From: Diplonema japonicum
Lineage: Eukaryota; Protista; Euglenozoa: Diplonemea
Assembly: GCA_964019335.1 (NCBI GenBank)
Contig: OZ025757.1
Span: forward strand, 1-64,000
Reading direction: 5' to 3'
DNA: 64,000 nucleotides
The notes beneath the pieces were generated by a model. The model ran no database searches and was not told where the DNA came from. It saw only the letters and a list, made by a program, of their open reading frames with translations. The position numbers were made by a program, and so were the translations under genes. How positions within the stretch are numbered: position 1 is the stretch's first letter; each line of letters begins with the position of its first letter. Of the stretch, positions 23,668-33,966 are shown in pieces.

Positions 23668-24810
23668 TCACGACCTGGCCAACGGGCTCATCCTCGACCG
23701 TGGGAAATGCGGGTGAGAGTCATACGGGGAATAAGGCGAGGCAGGGTGCTGAGGGTACCCCTCGTAGGAATAAAAATCCTCAGTGTGCGCAGGGGGGGCT
23801 GACACCGAGGATCTTCCAGATCTCACAGGACTGCACGTGCTCCGCGCTTTGCTGTGAAGCCGTGAGGCCTCAGCAGCAAGAGAGGAAGCACGCGAAATTC
23901 TACTACTCCCTTCAGATGACAAGGTTGTAAACGACAACACAGAAGGCTGATACCCATAACTATATTGCACAGGTGGGGGCGAATAGGGCACCGCTGGTGG
24001 TGCCCGTGAAGGTGCGGGCACCACTAAGCTCGTCTTCTTTTTCTCCACCGGTTCCACAGGCTCCTTCGACTTCTGAGTCGGAGTGCCGCTTTCACTACCA
24101 CCATCCTTGCTACGTCTGGACGCTTTATCATTTCCGGGCAATTTATAAGGGTTTTCTGCAGGGGTTTCTCTCCCTCCTTCGTTTTCTTTGTTCGGTTGAG
24201 CAGGAATATGAACAGGCGGAGCGTGACTCGGAATCAGGTCTGTTTCTTGGATGTTCGAAGGAGGGGGCACAGCGTCGGTATTTTGTCGTGGAGATTGCGA
24301 GTTAAACGTAGCAACTATTCTGTCCATGGGGAGGGGCTTCTTGCCCTCACGGTTCGCAATGAGAGGGGTTTTCTGCATCACGGGGATAACATTCCTGTAT
24401 GGTGGTCTTGTTTTGATGATGTCGACGATGACGCGGAGGATGTCGAGGGCGCGTGGAGGTTTGTTGGCCGAGCTGTACTCCTGGATGTTGAGGAGCAGGT
24501 CAGGTTCGTTGAGCGAGGTTTCCAGTTTGAACAAGACGTCGACAGAGGCAGGGGTCTTCGCGGTGCACAAGGCCCCGCCCCTCTCGTCGTGGTGCAGGTA
24601 GTGTATTTCCCGCACGTCTTCGTGCACCACCACCCTCTTCATGAGCCCCTTCTCATAGATAGCGGTGAAGTACTTCGACACCATCAGTGTCCTCGTTTGT
24701 TTCTTCTTGTTTTTCGAGATTTTACTTACCGTAGCCTCTGCATAGACGTTAACATCCTTTCTCCCAGACAGGACAGGCGACGTGGATTCAACAGGTCGAG
24801 GGAGCGCCAT
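23668..24810 (-). CDS. Hypothetical protein, PH-like N-terminus and Pro/Ser-rich tail
   Basis: 380-aa ORF; VSKISKNKKKQTRTLMVSK suggests a PH-like beta domain. Confidence 0.7.
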   Translation of the reverse strand: MALPRPVESTSPVLSGRKDVNVYAEATVSKISKNKKKQTRTLMVSKYFTAIYEKGLMKRVVVHEDVREIHYLHHDERGGALCTAKTPASVDVLFKLETSLNEPDLLLNIQEYSSANKPPRALDILRVIVDIIKTRPPYRNVIPVMQKTPLIANREGKKPLPMDRIVATFNSQSPRQNTDAVPPPSNIQETDLIPSHAPPVHIPAQPNKENEGGRETPAENPYKLPGNDKASRRSKDGGSESGTPTQKSKEPVEPVEKKKTSLVVPAPSRAPPAVPYSPPPVQYSYGYQPSVLSFTTLSSEGSSRISRASSLAAEASRLHSKARSTCSPVRSGRSSVSAPPAHTEDFYSYEGYPQHPASPYSPYDSHPHFPRSRMSPLARS

Positions 24811-24948
24811 GTGTGTGGGGTTTCCCTCCCTACCCCCCTTTTTTTTTGTAGAATTATTTTTTTTGCACCAGCGAGGGAAGAAAAAAAAAAAAAAAAAACG
24901 TCACCGACGAAGCATGAAAGTCATCAAACCTCTTTTTTTTTTTTTTTT

Positions 24949-25761
24949 TTACATTGAACATGCCCCGCCGCCTCCGCTTCCTTTGAACTTCCACTTCAAA
25001 TCCGCGTCCGGGTTCTCCGGACTAATATCCGTCGCGTCAATACCTGCATCCGATGTGCCTGGAGGGTTGTCCATCTCTTCAACAAGCTCCTCAACTGTGT
25101 ACCCAGTGGACTCAAGACACCCGGACTTTTTAAAAAGCTCTGAGAAATCATCAGAGACACGGACAACAAGGCGGACCTCCGGAAGCCAGTGCTTGAGAAT
25201 CCGCTCCACGGCATCGCGGAGAGTAGAAGAGGAGGATGTGCAGGTAGAGCAAGCACCCTGGAGCGTCACTAGAACGGCGCCCGACTCCTCGTGGAAAGTG
25301 AGGTATCTGATGTCCCCCCCGTCTTGCTGCACCATGGGCCGTATCTCCCCTGCTATGAGCTCTTTGATTGATGACACGGCTTCAGAGTCAGTAAGGCAAG
25401 GTTGTGTGTCTGGGTAAGGTACCTCACCTGAAGAGGCTGAAACCGCAGCCTCCCCTGTCATATTAAATGCTGTCATTGCCTCGCATACTGCAGGTCCCAC
25501 GCCATGCCACTGTGCTTCTCTGTCCTTCGTGACGCTGATGAACCTCTGCCCCACCATCACACCCCTTACACCGCTGATTCTGAACAAAAACATTGCTAGC
25601 GGGCTGTCGTAGGCGCTGCTTGCGGCCAGGTATTCTTTCGTGCCGTCCACACCCCCGAAGTTCTCCTCCACTTCGAACATCCTGCAGTCCGTGTTGGGGG
25701 TCTCCTTTATCCTGATGAACATGTGGCGTGCCTGCCGCCATGGTGGCAGCCTTCGTAACAT
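24949..25761 (-). CDS. NFU1: Mitochondrial Fe-S carrier NFU1
   Basis: Presequence MLRR; ETPN..SPLA..LFRISGV..FISVTK (Nfu_N); IRPMVQQDGGDI..LQGACSTC (NifU CxxC). Confidence 0.93.
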   Translation of the reverse strand: MLRRLPPWRQARHMFIRIKETPNTDCRMFEVEENFGGVDGTKEYLAASSAYDSPLAMFLFRISGVRGVMVGQRFISVTKDREAQWHGVGPAVCEAMTAFNMTGEAAVSASSGEVPYPDTQPCLTDSEAVSSIKELIAGEIRPMVQQDGGDIRYLTFHEESGAVLVTLQGACSTCTSSSSTLRDAVERILKHWLPEVRLVVRVSDDFSELFKKSGCLESTGYTVEELVEEMDNPPGTSDAGIDATDISPENPDADLKWKFKGSGGGGACSM

Positions 25762-26095
25762 GTGTCCCCCCCCCCCCCCCCCCCTGTCCCCCTGCTTTGA
25801 AATTTTGAAAAAAAAAAGTAATAAACGATTTTATATAAAAAAAAGAAGAAGAAAATTATCTTTTTTTTTCTCACAAAAACGATCAGATCGCCGAAAGAAG
25901 AAGAAAAAAAAAAGAGAAATTTCACCGAATAAGGAGAAACATGGGAGGAAGGGGGGGTTCCCCCCCCCCCCCCCCCCCCCTGCTTTTTTTCTCGAGCTAA
26001 AAAAAAAACAAAAAGGAGTCGGTTGGTTGTTCACAACCAGGATTAACCTATAGGGCTACTCTTCTTCTGCAGCAATAACAAATTCACTGTCAATA

Positions 26096-26172
26096 TAGCT
26101 ATTTACTGGCGGTAGGCAAGCAGTTTATTTTTCACGACACTCTAAAATTTGCTTCACTAACAAGGGTCACAG
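26096..26172 (-). mobile_element. 3'-terminal fragment of the hairpin element family at 53.5-54.7 kb, lacking the hairpin
   Basis: Reverse complement GTGAAGCAAATTTTAGAGTGTCGTGAAAATAAACTGCTTGCCTACCGCC-AGTAAATAGCTA matches 54065-54112 joined to 54225-54236. Confidence 0.75.
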
Positions 26173-26213
26173 CACATCTTTTGTTTCTTCTTTTTTTTGT
26201 TGCAAAACACAGT

Positions 26214-27194
26214 TCAGCTGTGCAGCTTGCGGAGCTCGTCCATTCCCTCCTGGACAGTGATGTTGGAGGAGTAGCCGAGGTCACGGCGGGCCTTGCTGTC
26301 ATCGACAGTCATCTGCTGCCCCACGAGGACAAGCGCCTGCCGGGTGACCATCGGCTCCTTGCTGATCTTCTCCAACACCCAGGCTGCGTACCACACAAGG
26401 TTGTAAGGGACGGCGCTGACCGGTGGAGTGATGTTAGCTGCTGTCAACATAGAACCGATGAACTCCTTGAAGTGCACAGGCCTCCCATCTGTGAGGAAGT
26501 ACGCCTCACCGGGTACACCATTCAGCAACGCCTTCACAACACCCTCACACACATTCGTGACATGGCACGTCGACGTCAGGTACATCCCACCGCTGAACCA
26601 CTTCAGCACACCCTCCTTCGCCGCCTTTCCAAGCTCCGCAAGCAACACTGTGTCATCCTTCCCCCAGATCAGACGGGGGCGCACGACGATCACCTCCAAC
26701 TCTGCGCTGTTCTCTGCAAAGGCCGCTCGTTCGGCTTCGTTCTTCGTTGTGCTGTACACCCCTGGGAAGGGTTCCACAGGGAGGGGTTTTTTTTCGTTGA
26801 CATTAACGAGAGGGTTGCCCTCCTTGTCCAGACACCCTGCCTCTGTCCCGATGTGGATCACCCTCTTCACCTTTGCTGCCTTGCACGCTTGCATTACCTT
26901 CTTCGTTCCTTCCACGTTTACTTTTCTGGCCTCGCTGATGTCGCCGTGTGCTTTCACGTAAGCTGCGCAGTGGACGGCGAGGCTGCACCCCTCAGCCGCC
27001 TTCTGCATTCCCTCCACGTCGTGCAGGTCCGCTTTGAAGGGGATCGCCCCCTTCTCCTTCACCACCCTCTCCGCCGTCTCCGACCTGTAGATGGCGTGCA
27101 CCACTGCGCCCTGTTCCTTTAGGTAGGTGATGAGGTTCCTTCCGAGGAACCCGCTCCCGCCAGTCACCATTACCTTTACATCGGTTAGGTCCAT
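26214..27194 (-). CDS. NAD-dependent epimerase / 3-beta-HSD family SDR, copy A
   Basis: VTGGSGFLG Rossmann motif, YSTTK catalytic motif, VRPRLIWG. Confidence 0.92.
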   Translation of the reverse strand: MDLTDVKVMVTGGSGFLGRNLITYLKEQGAVVHAIYRSETAERVVKEKGAIPFKADLHDVEGMQKAAEGCSLAVHCAAYVKAHGDISEARKVNVEGTKKVMQACKAAKVKRVIHIGTEAGCLDKEGNPLVNVNEKKPLPVEPFPGVYSTTKNEAERAAFAENSAELEVIVVRPRLIWGKDDTVLLAELGKAAKEGVLKWFSGGMYLTSTCHVTNVCEGVVKALLNGVPGEAYFLTDGRPVHFKEFIGSMLTAANITPPVSAVPYNLVWYAAWVLEKISKEPMVTRQALVLVGQQMTVDDSKARRDLGYSSNITVQEGMDELRKLHS

Positions 27195-28336
27195 GTTTTG
27201 CTTGTTTTGTTGTGGATGGGCCTTTTTTTTTTTTTTGGATTTTTTCGTTCACTTCTGGGGGAGAAAAAGAGAAAGAAATGAAAAAAAAAAAAGAAAAGAA
27301 AAGCTGATCACAACGAGAAGGGGGGAAAAAAAGGGTAAAAAAAGAAAAAAATCTAGAGAGCATTTTGTTTAGAATAGTTGAAAAAGGAGCAACAAAATAA
27401 AAATAAAAATAAAAAACAAACTTTTTTTTTTGAGAGGAAGATGAAGGAAAACCAAATCCTTTCATGGCCTTTCCCCCTTTTTTTCCCCCCCTCTTTTTCT
27501 CCTTTTACCTGAGGAAGAGGGGACACAAACACGTATATGATGAGGTACCCTTATCTTTCTTGTGCTTCCCCCCCCCCCCCCCCTTTCTTTTTTTCTTTTC
27601 TTTCATACCACACAGCAAGCCACCCTTAAAGCCGGAACACCCCTCATAAAAGCAACAAGCATAAAAGATTTTTTCCCCCACTTTTTTTCCCCCCATTCTC
27701 CGTAAAACAATCATTAAACACACGCCCCTCATGAGAAAGAGAAAAGACCAGTACCCTCCCACCTCTTTCCCCCGCGTTGTTCTTTTTTTTTAATTACTTT
27801 TCTCCGTTTTTTTTTTTTTTTTTATTCCTCTTTTTTTTTTTTTTCATATCTTTGTCCATATCTACAAAGGCAGGAGTGGAATGGAGCAACACACTCGCAA
27901 CCCTGAAGAAGGAAGCAAAAAAAAAAAAAAAGAAAAAAGAAAAAAAAAATACAATGATGGGGGGGAGAAGTGCTACGCTCCATATTCGCTAAGTGACCCG
28001 CCCAATGTCCCAAAGGGGTTATAGGGGGCTATAGGGGAAAAAATGTCAAAAATGCCCAAAGGTTCATTGAATTCTTTTTTTCAAAAAATCCATATGAAAC
28101 GAACATCGAACATGAAAGAACGGTGAGTTCCAAGGAAGTTCCAAAAAAGATTTTCCAAAAAAAAAATATTGGGGGCCAACCAAAATGACCTTGGAAGTCG
28201 CCATTTTGGGTTTTGGCCATTTTTGCCAAACTTTTGCAACTGGGCACTTTTCCCTTTGAAAAACATGGTCAACAGGGTTCGATCCCAGAAGCCAGAATCT
28301 TTCCTGACCAGTAGTTCAGCCGAAAATATTTGGCGA

Positions 28337-28415
28337 GGCGTAGTAGTCTAGTTGTGAGGGCTTTGCCCTGTACCTAGGCGAAGCGGGTTCAAACCCCACT
28401 CCAGCGGATTTTTTT
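28337..28415 (+). ncRNA. tRNA-derived sequence with Pol III A/B boxes and T-run (pseudo-tRNA)
   Basis: TAGTCTAGTTG A-box, GGGTTCAAACCC T-arm, T7 run downstream; acceptor stem pairs poorly. Confidence 0.55.
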
Positions 28416-29954
28416 AGGCTCACCACAGGGGAGAAACGGCAGCCCAAACCGGTATTTCCGCGAAAGCTTTTCGTAAGCTTGTGGGAGTCTAGTTGAGAAA
28501 AGTGCAGTTTTGAGGGAAGGACAGCTCTTAACATTGTAAGATTGTTAGTTGTTAGTCAGTAAGCATAACAGTCCTGTCCTCTGCACTTCGGCCGTAATCA
28601 CCAAATACAAACGGGTGGAGATGACGAGAAGGTCAAAGAGGGTTCCGTAGGGGAGTTTATAGTTGAAGAGACAGATGCGCGTCTACGCCGTCCACCACAG
28701 GGCAACGTACAGTCCAAACGGCATAGTCATTTGAAAGTGACGTTGCCTTTGGGGCAGAAGTTATTTCTGCTTGGAAGGTACTTATGTGGGAATTACACCG
28801 ATCACCGGTCACGTTTGCGTTGGAAGATCCTTGACCCGCGTGCCCTGGTTTGATGACCAGCCTGAACGAAACGGAGACTATGAAACAAGCAGTGACGACG
28901 ACCGGAGAATACTTCCTACTCCTGAGAGCACACGGGCAACTCGAAGGGAAAGACCAAAGCAAGCCCTTCCAGCCAGCAGAGAGCCTCAGACAACGAGGAC
29001 TCCAGATGGACAGGATCGCGATAGCGGAGTACAGCCACAAGGAGCTCCACTACCGGGTCCACTACACAAAAGAGGGCAAGAAGTGAGATCTCAGAGCAGA
29101 CGGAGTGGAAGTGCCATATGCAGGCAAAAACAAAGGATGGCACCCCAGCCTCATCTGTACAAGAAGCACAAGACCGAGGAAGCAGAGGAGGGCCACCCGA
29201 GGCACAACAGAGGACATGGACAACCTCCTCAACGCAGCAGCAACAACAGTAACAGCAGCAGGAGCAGCAGCAAAGACAGTAGCGACAACAGAAAGTAAAG
29301 GAGAAGACATCAGTACCTCCCCCCCCTTCCTCCTCCTCCTTTCGCTGTTCTACTTCGGGTGGATCAAGCGTCTGAAGAAACAACAGATTTTTCTGGTGAC
29401 CCCTCCTCTTCAGTGTACTAGTTTCTTTTCATCATTATTCTGTGTTGGTCACCGATCACACCAACACCGGCTGAGGACGCAGTACAACTTGGGAAATGGT
29501 GGCAAAACGAGACCAGCTTCTCCAGGACAAGAGAATGCTAGAAACGTACACGACGCACCCCTGGAACAACGGAAGGAAACGCTCATGCACACCACCTGAG
29601 TGGTAGGAGCTGAAGAAGCACGTGAGCGGGAGCCTGATGATGAAGCACGGTGAAGACATTATCAAGTAGCTCAGGAAGCTGAAGTAGTACGACGGACCGA
29701 GGAAGACGAGTCACCACAATGGAACTCGTACTAGACTTCGAGAACAGGGAAAGGGGTAGATAAGTAGACAAGCACGTTCCAGAACAGGAACCTCCTTTAT
29801 CTCATCTCTTATTCTGTGTTTATTTCATCACAGTGTTGATGGGCTGAGGCGCGTCGTGAGTGTGTATCGCGGAGGATCTGGTGTGGAAAGAAGGGACCTA
29901 CTCCACTCACTATGCCGGATGCCTGAGTAAAGATGGGGGGTCAGAGTTTTGAGT

Positions 29955-30043
29955 TCCTGTGTGGTAGAGTGGTTACCGTGCTCACCTGTCAGGCCCCCTT
30001 ATTCCAGGAGTCGCGGGTTCGAATCCCGACGCAGTGGTTTTTT
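29955..30043 (+). tRNA. tRNA-Asp(GTC)-like sequence with ~14-nt insertion, probably pseudo
   Basis: TGGTAGAGTGG A-box, CTGTCA anticodon loop, CGGGTTCGAATCCCG T-arm, CTGTG/CGCAG acceptor pairing, T6 terminator. Confidence 0.55.
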
Positions 30044-30729
30044 CATCAGGGTACCCCACTTGTGCTGTGTTTTTTCCACCGGAGCTGCTTCATTTTGTAT
30101 AGTACAAAGTAAGGCAAATCACCAAAAAAGTTTTTATTACAAAAAAGAATTCCATATGTCGAACATTGGGCCCCGGACGCAAATAAATCCATTCCAGCCC
30201 TAGAAAAAGCAATCAGAAATTTTTTTAGCTCTTCAAAATGCGGGTTCTGGTGGGTCACTTAGCGAATATAGAGCGCTAGCAACGACCCCAACAAAAGAGA
30301 AGAAGAAAAAGAAAACTGAGAGAAAGAGGGGGATTGAGGGGAACAAGAAGAAAAAAAAAAAAGATAAACCAATTATTTCGGTACACAGAGGAGAGAAATG
30401 ATGCTCGCCCTCTGTCAGAAAAATGCCACACATTTCTTAAGACCACTAGACTTGTAGAGAATCCTCTTCTTCTTTCTTGTCCTTCCGGGTGCATTTATAC
30501 CGGCAGGCATCTCGGCCGTAAAAATCTCCAATAATATAAAAAAAAAAAAATTCGTCATCCACCGTCAACTTGTGACCTCCCCACACCACTCCCCATATCT
30601 GGAGAAATTCCATTTTTTTTTCCCCCACGTCTTTGTTAGTGTACCACGACCTTTCGGAAAGTTAGGGGGGGGGGGGGGGGGGGGGGGGGAGAGCACATTC
30701 ATTTTTTTTTGTTTTTTTTTTCTTTTTTT

Positions 30730-31914
30730 TCAAATTTCCTTGCAAGCATTGCACACCCGCTGTTCCGTATTGTACGAGAAGTAAGGGAGTTCCATCTTTG
30801 CCCGGCTGCAGTCGGCGCAAAAAATCTCCCCGCACGCCCTACAGTGGTGCCGTCTTCTTGTGGTAGTGAAGGGTATGGTGCAAGCCTCACATGTAGGGGC
30901 TTCGTAGTCAGGCTTCCAGTGGGGTCGATCACGAATTCTGTGCAGCTTGCGGAGCTCGTCCATTCCCTCCTGGACAGTGATGTTGGAGGAGTAGCCGAGG
31001 TCACGGCGGGCCTTGCTGTCATCGACAGTCATCTGCTGCCCTATGAGGACAAGCGCCTGCCGGGTGACCATCGGCTCCTTGCTGATCTTCTCCAACAGCT
31101 GTGCCGCATACCACGTTAGGCGGAAGGGTGCAGAGCTTGATGGTGGGTCCACTCCACCTGAGATCAGCATCCTGCTGATGAACTCCTTGAAGTGCACAGG
31201 CCTCCCATCTGTGAGGAAGTACGCCTCACCGGGTACACCATTCAGCAACGCCTTCACAACACCCTCACACACATTCGTGACATGGCACGTCGACGTCAGG
31301 TACATCCCACCGCTGAACCACTTCAGCACACCCTCCTTCGCCGCCTTTCCAAGCTCCGCAAGCAACACTGTGTCATCCTTCCCCCAGATCAGACGGGGGC
31401 GCACGACGATCACCTCCAACTCTGCGCTGTTCTCTGCAAAGGCCGCTCGTTCGGCTTCGTTCTTCGTTGTGCTGTACACCCCTGGGAAGGGTTCCACAGG
31501 GAGGGGTTTTTTTTCGTTGACATTAACGAGAGGGTTGCCCTCCTTGTCCAGACACCCTGCCTCTGTCCCGATGTGGATCACCCTCTTCACCTTTGCTGCC
31601 TTGCACGCTTGCATTACCTTCTTCGTTCCTTCCACGTTTACTTTTCTGGCCTCGCTGATGTCGCCGTGTGCTTTCACGTAAGCTGCGCAGTGGACGGCGA
31701 GGCTGCACCCCTCAGCCGCCTTCTGCATTCCCTCCACGTCGTGCAGGTCCGCTTTGAAGGGGATCGCCCCCTTCTCCTTCACCACCCTCTCCGCCGTCTC
31801 CGACCTGTAGATGGCGTGCACCACTGCGCCCTGTTCCTTTAGGTAGGTGATGAGGTTCCTTCCGAGGAACCCGCTCCCGCCAGTCACCATTACCTTTACA
31901 TCGGTTAGGTCCAT
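30730..31914 (-). CDS. Epimerase/3-beta-HSD copy B fused to a C-terminal FYVE domain
   Basis: Near-identical to copy A; tail WKPD..CEAC..RRHHCRACG..CADC..RVCNAC is a canonical FYVE finger. Confidence 0.92.
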   Translation of the reverse strand: MDLTDVKVMVTGGSGFLGRNLITYLKEQGAVVHAIYRSETAERVVKEKGAIPFKADLHDVEGMQKAAEGCSLAVHCAAYVKAHGDISEARKVNVEGTKKVMQACKAAKVKRVIHIGTEAGCLDKEGNPLVNVNEKKPLPVEPFPGVYSTTKNEAERAAFAENSAELEVIVVRPRLIWGKDDTVLLAELGKAAKEGVLKWFSGGMYLTSTCHVTNVCEGVVKALLNGVPGEAYFLTDGRPVHFKEFISRMLISGGVDPPSSSAPFRLTWYAAQLLEKISKEPMVTRQALVLIGQQMTVDDSKARRDLGYSSNITVQEGMDELRKLHRIRDRPHWKPDYEAPTCEACTIPFTTTRRRHHCRACGEIFCADCSRAKMELPYFSYNTEQRVCNACKEI

Positions 31915-32132
31915 GTTTTGCTTGTTTTTCTTTTCTTTTTTTTTTTTTCCTTTGAAGTCCTCGATCAATTCTGCGAGCGGTTGCCAGACCTGCACTTTAA
32001 CGGAAGTCGCAGCGTCCACCCCTCGCTTTGTTGTTTTTATATTTATATCGGCAGAACAGAGAGGGGGGGGGGGGGGGGAAGAAGAAAAAGTACACAGAAG
32101 TGTACTCACAAAAAACAATTTTTCTTTTCCTT

Positions 32133-32597
32133 TCAAAAACAAACTTTATTGAACCTCGAGACCCTCTTCCCCGCAGGCGGGGGTGTCACGAGGAGGGCGT
32201 AGCGGTCCTGCTGCAGCCTGTACTGCCTGTTGAAGGTGGGCAACCTCATAGTGGGATACACGGGGCGGTAGTGGTGGGGACCGCCTTGGGGGGTGTCGCC
32301 TTCCAGCGACTTGATAGGGATGAAGGTATCAGTTTTCTCGCTTATAACCCCAGTGAGGTAGGTTCGTTGGGTGCTGCCGCTGCCAAGGAGCTGGGTACTG
32401 TTCGCCGCCCTGAAGCAGGCTTTGGCCACGGCAGGGTGGTTGAAAGTAGTGTCATAGGCACAAGGACCAGGGGTAGAGGGCCCTGCCAAGTTGCTGAACC
32501 GCACCGCGTTCCCAAAGGTGCAGACCTCTGTTCCCATGGTCGTGCTGCGTATCTTCTTCTTGCTCTTTTTGCTGAGAAACCTTTGATAGCGAAACAT
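32133..32597 (-). CDS. Hypothetical protein with SHIPPO/STPG-like PGP..Y motif; 3' end uncertain
   Basis: TFGNAVRF..STPGPCAYD; may splice onward through 32026-32144. Confidence 0.55.
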   Translation of the reverse strand: MFRYQRFLSKKSKKKIRSTTMGTEVCTFGNAVRFSNLAGPSTPGPCAYDTTFNHPAVAKACFRAANSTQLLGSGSTQRTYLTGVISEKTDTFIPIKSLEGDTPQGGPHHYRPVYPTMRLPTFNRQYRLQQDRYALLVTPPPAGKRVSRFNKVCF

Positions 32598-32879
32598 ATT
32601 CTTTTTTCTTTCTTTTTTTTGTGAACCCCCCCCCCCCCCACTCCCCCCTTTTTTTTTATTCCACGCGCACAAAAAAAAAATATATGTGTGAGGTTATATA
32701 TTTTTATACTTTGCTGCTGTCTCGAATGTGCTGAATCAGCTAACAGCCAGTCGTGGGAGGGGTGCGCACAGCATTCCAACCCACCACCACCTTTTTTTTC
32801 CTCCTTTTTTTTCTTAAAGAAACGACAATGTAAATCATCGAGAGAGAAGAAAAAAAAGTCCCTTTTTTTTTTTTTTTTT

Positions 32880-33966
32880 TTATACATTCGCCTGAAGCAG
32901 CATCACCGTTTGCTTCAAATGTTGGATTTCATCGTCCAGCTGTTGCTTCTCCTCTTCGTGTTGTTCTTGGAGCTGCTGCAGCTGCTGCGTCACATCGTCG
33001 TCGATAGGCGCGAGGCAGCCCTTGTTCTCCATGAGGTGCGCCTTCAGACCGGCGGGGAGGTAGCGTTTCGAACCAAAGCTCAACCGCAGGTTAAGAAGGT
33101 AAAAATTTGAGACCGCCACTTCACATAGCGTATCGAGTCCTTGGAGGCTGAACTCGTTGTCTGCAAGAAAAAAAAAATTCTAAAAAAAAAAAAAAAAAAA
33201 ACTCCATACTAGCCAGGCTAATATCAGTAAGACAACTATTAACCTTCACAAGCTCCGCCAAAAGAGGAAGGGACAAATCAGATATTTCATTCCCGCTGAT
33301 GGACAAGGTGGTGAGGGTTGTGTTCAGCATCAACGTGTTACACAGCACACCGCAGCCTTCATCCGATACCTTGTTCGACCTGAGATGCAGCACTGCAAGG
33401 GGTAAAGGCCCCGTCAGTATCTCTGCAATGGGGAAAATCCCTTCATCACCAAGATTGTTCCCACTTAAGTCGAGTTTCGTCAGCGCGTGGTTAAACTGGA
33501 GGGAATTGCTCAGTTCTGTGACCCCCACATGGGTTACAAGGTTGGAATCTAATGATATTTCTCGGATGTTAGCGTTGCACTCCAGAAGCCGTGCCAGTAC
33601 TCCAACACCTTGATCGGTTATCTTGTTCAAGGATAAGTCGAGGGAGGTCACTTCTTGGTTTTGCTCCAGTGCTGTCACCACTCTCTCCAAGGTGTCGTCA
33701 TCAACTGTGCGGAGCTTGCCACCCTCCAGCCGGATGGTGTCCACAGCAACCCCTGTCAACAGGCATCGCACTGTTGCCTCGATCCTGTCAAAGCAGCCCT
33801 CTTGGTCCGTCGCCCTCCCAGTCAACCTGAACATTTCGTCGTATCTGCACCCTCCATGAAGAGATACTATGTTTTGCTGTTGTTGTTGTTGTTGTTGTTG
33901 TTCAGTTGGGATGTCCTCTGAAGGTGTTAGAACTATGGTATCCATCGGCATGGAAATGGTATGCAT
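32880..33966 (-). CDS. RNI-like leucine-rich repeat protein; intron 33161-33209
   Basis: Repeated LxxLxLxxNxIxDxG units; the 49-nt intron restores the LANNEFSLQG repeat and joins ORF 32880-33119. Confidence 0.88.

Larger units (their letters stand above)
27976..30275. mobile_element. Non-autonomous DNA transposon, 24-bp TIRs, 3-bp TSD (CTA)
   Basis: Left CGCTCCATATTCGCTAAGTGACCC (27976-27999), right inverted copy 30252-30275 with 1 mismatch; CTA on both flanks (27973-75, 30276-78); no recognisable transposase. Confidence 0.85.

Noticed and set aside
28771-29599. Plus-strand ORFs inside the TIR element as a transposase
   Set aside because: No DDE, HUH or RuvC motifs recognisable; frames are fragmented.
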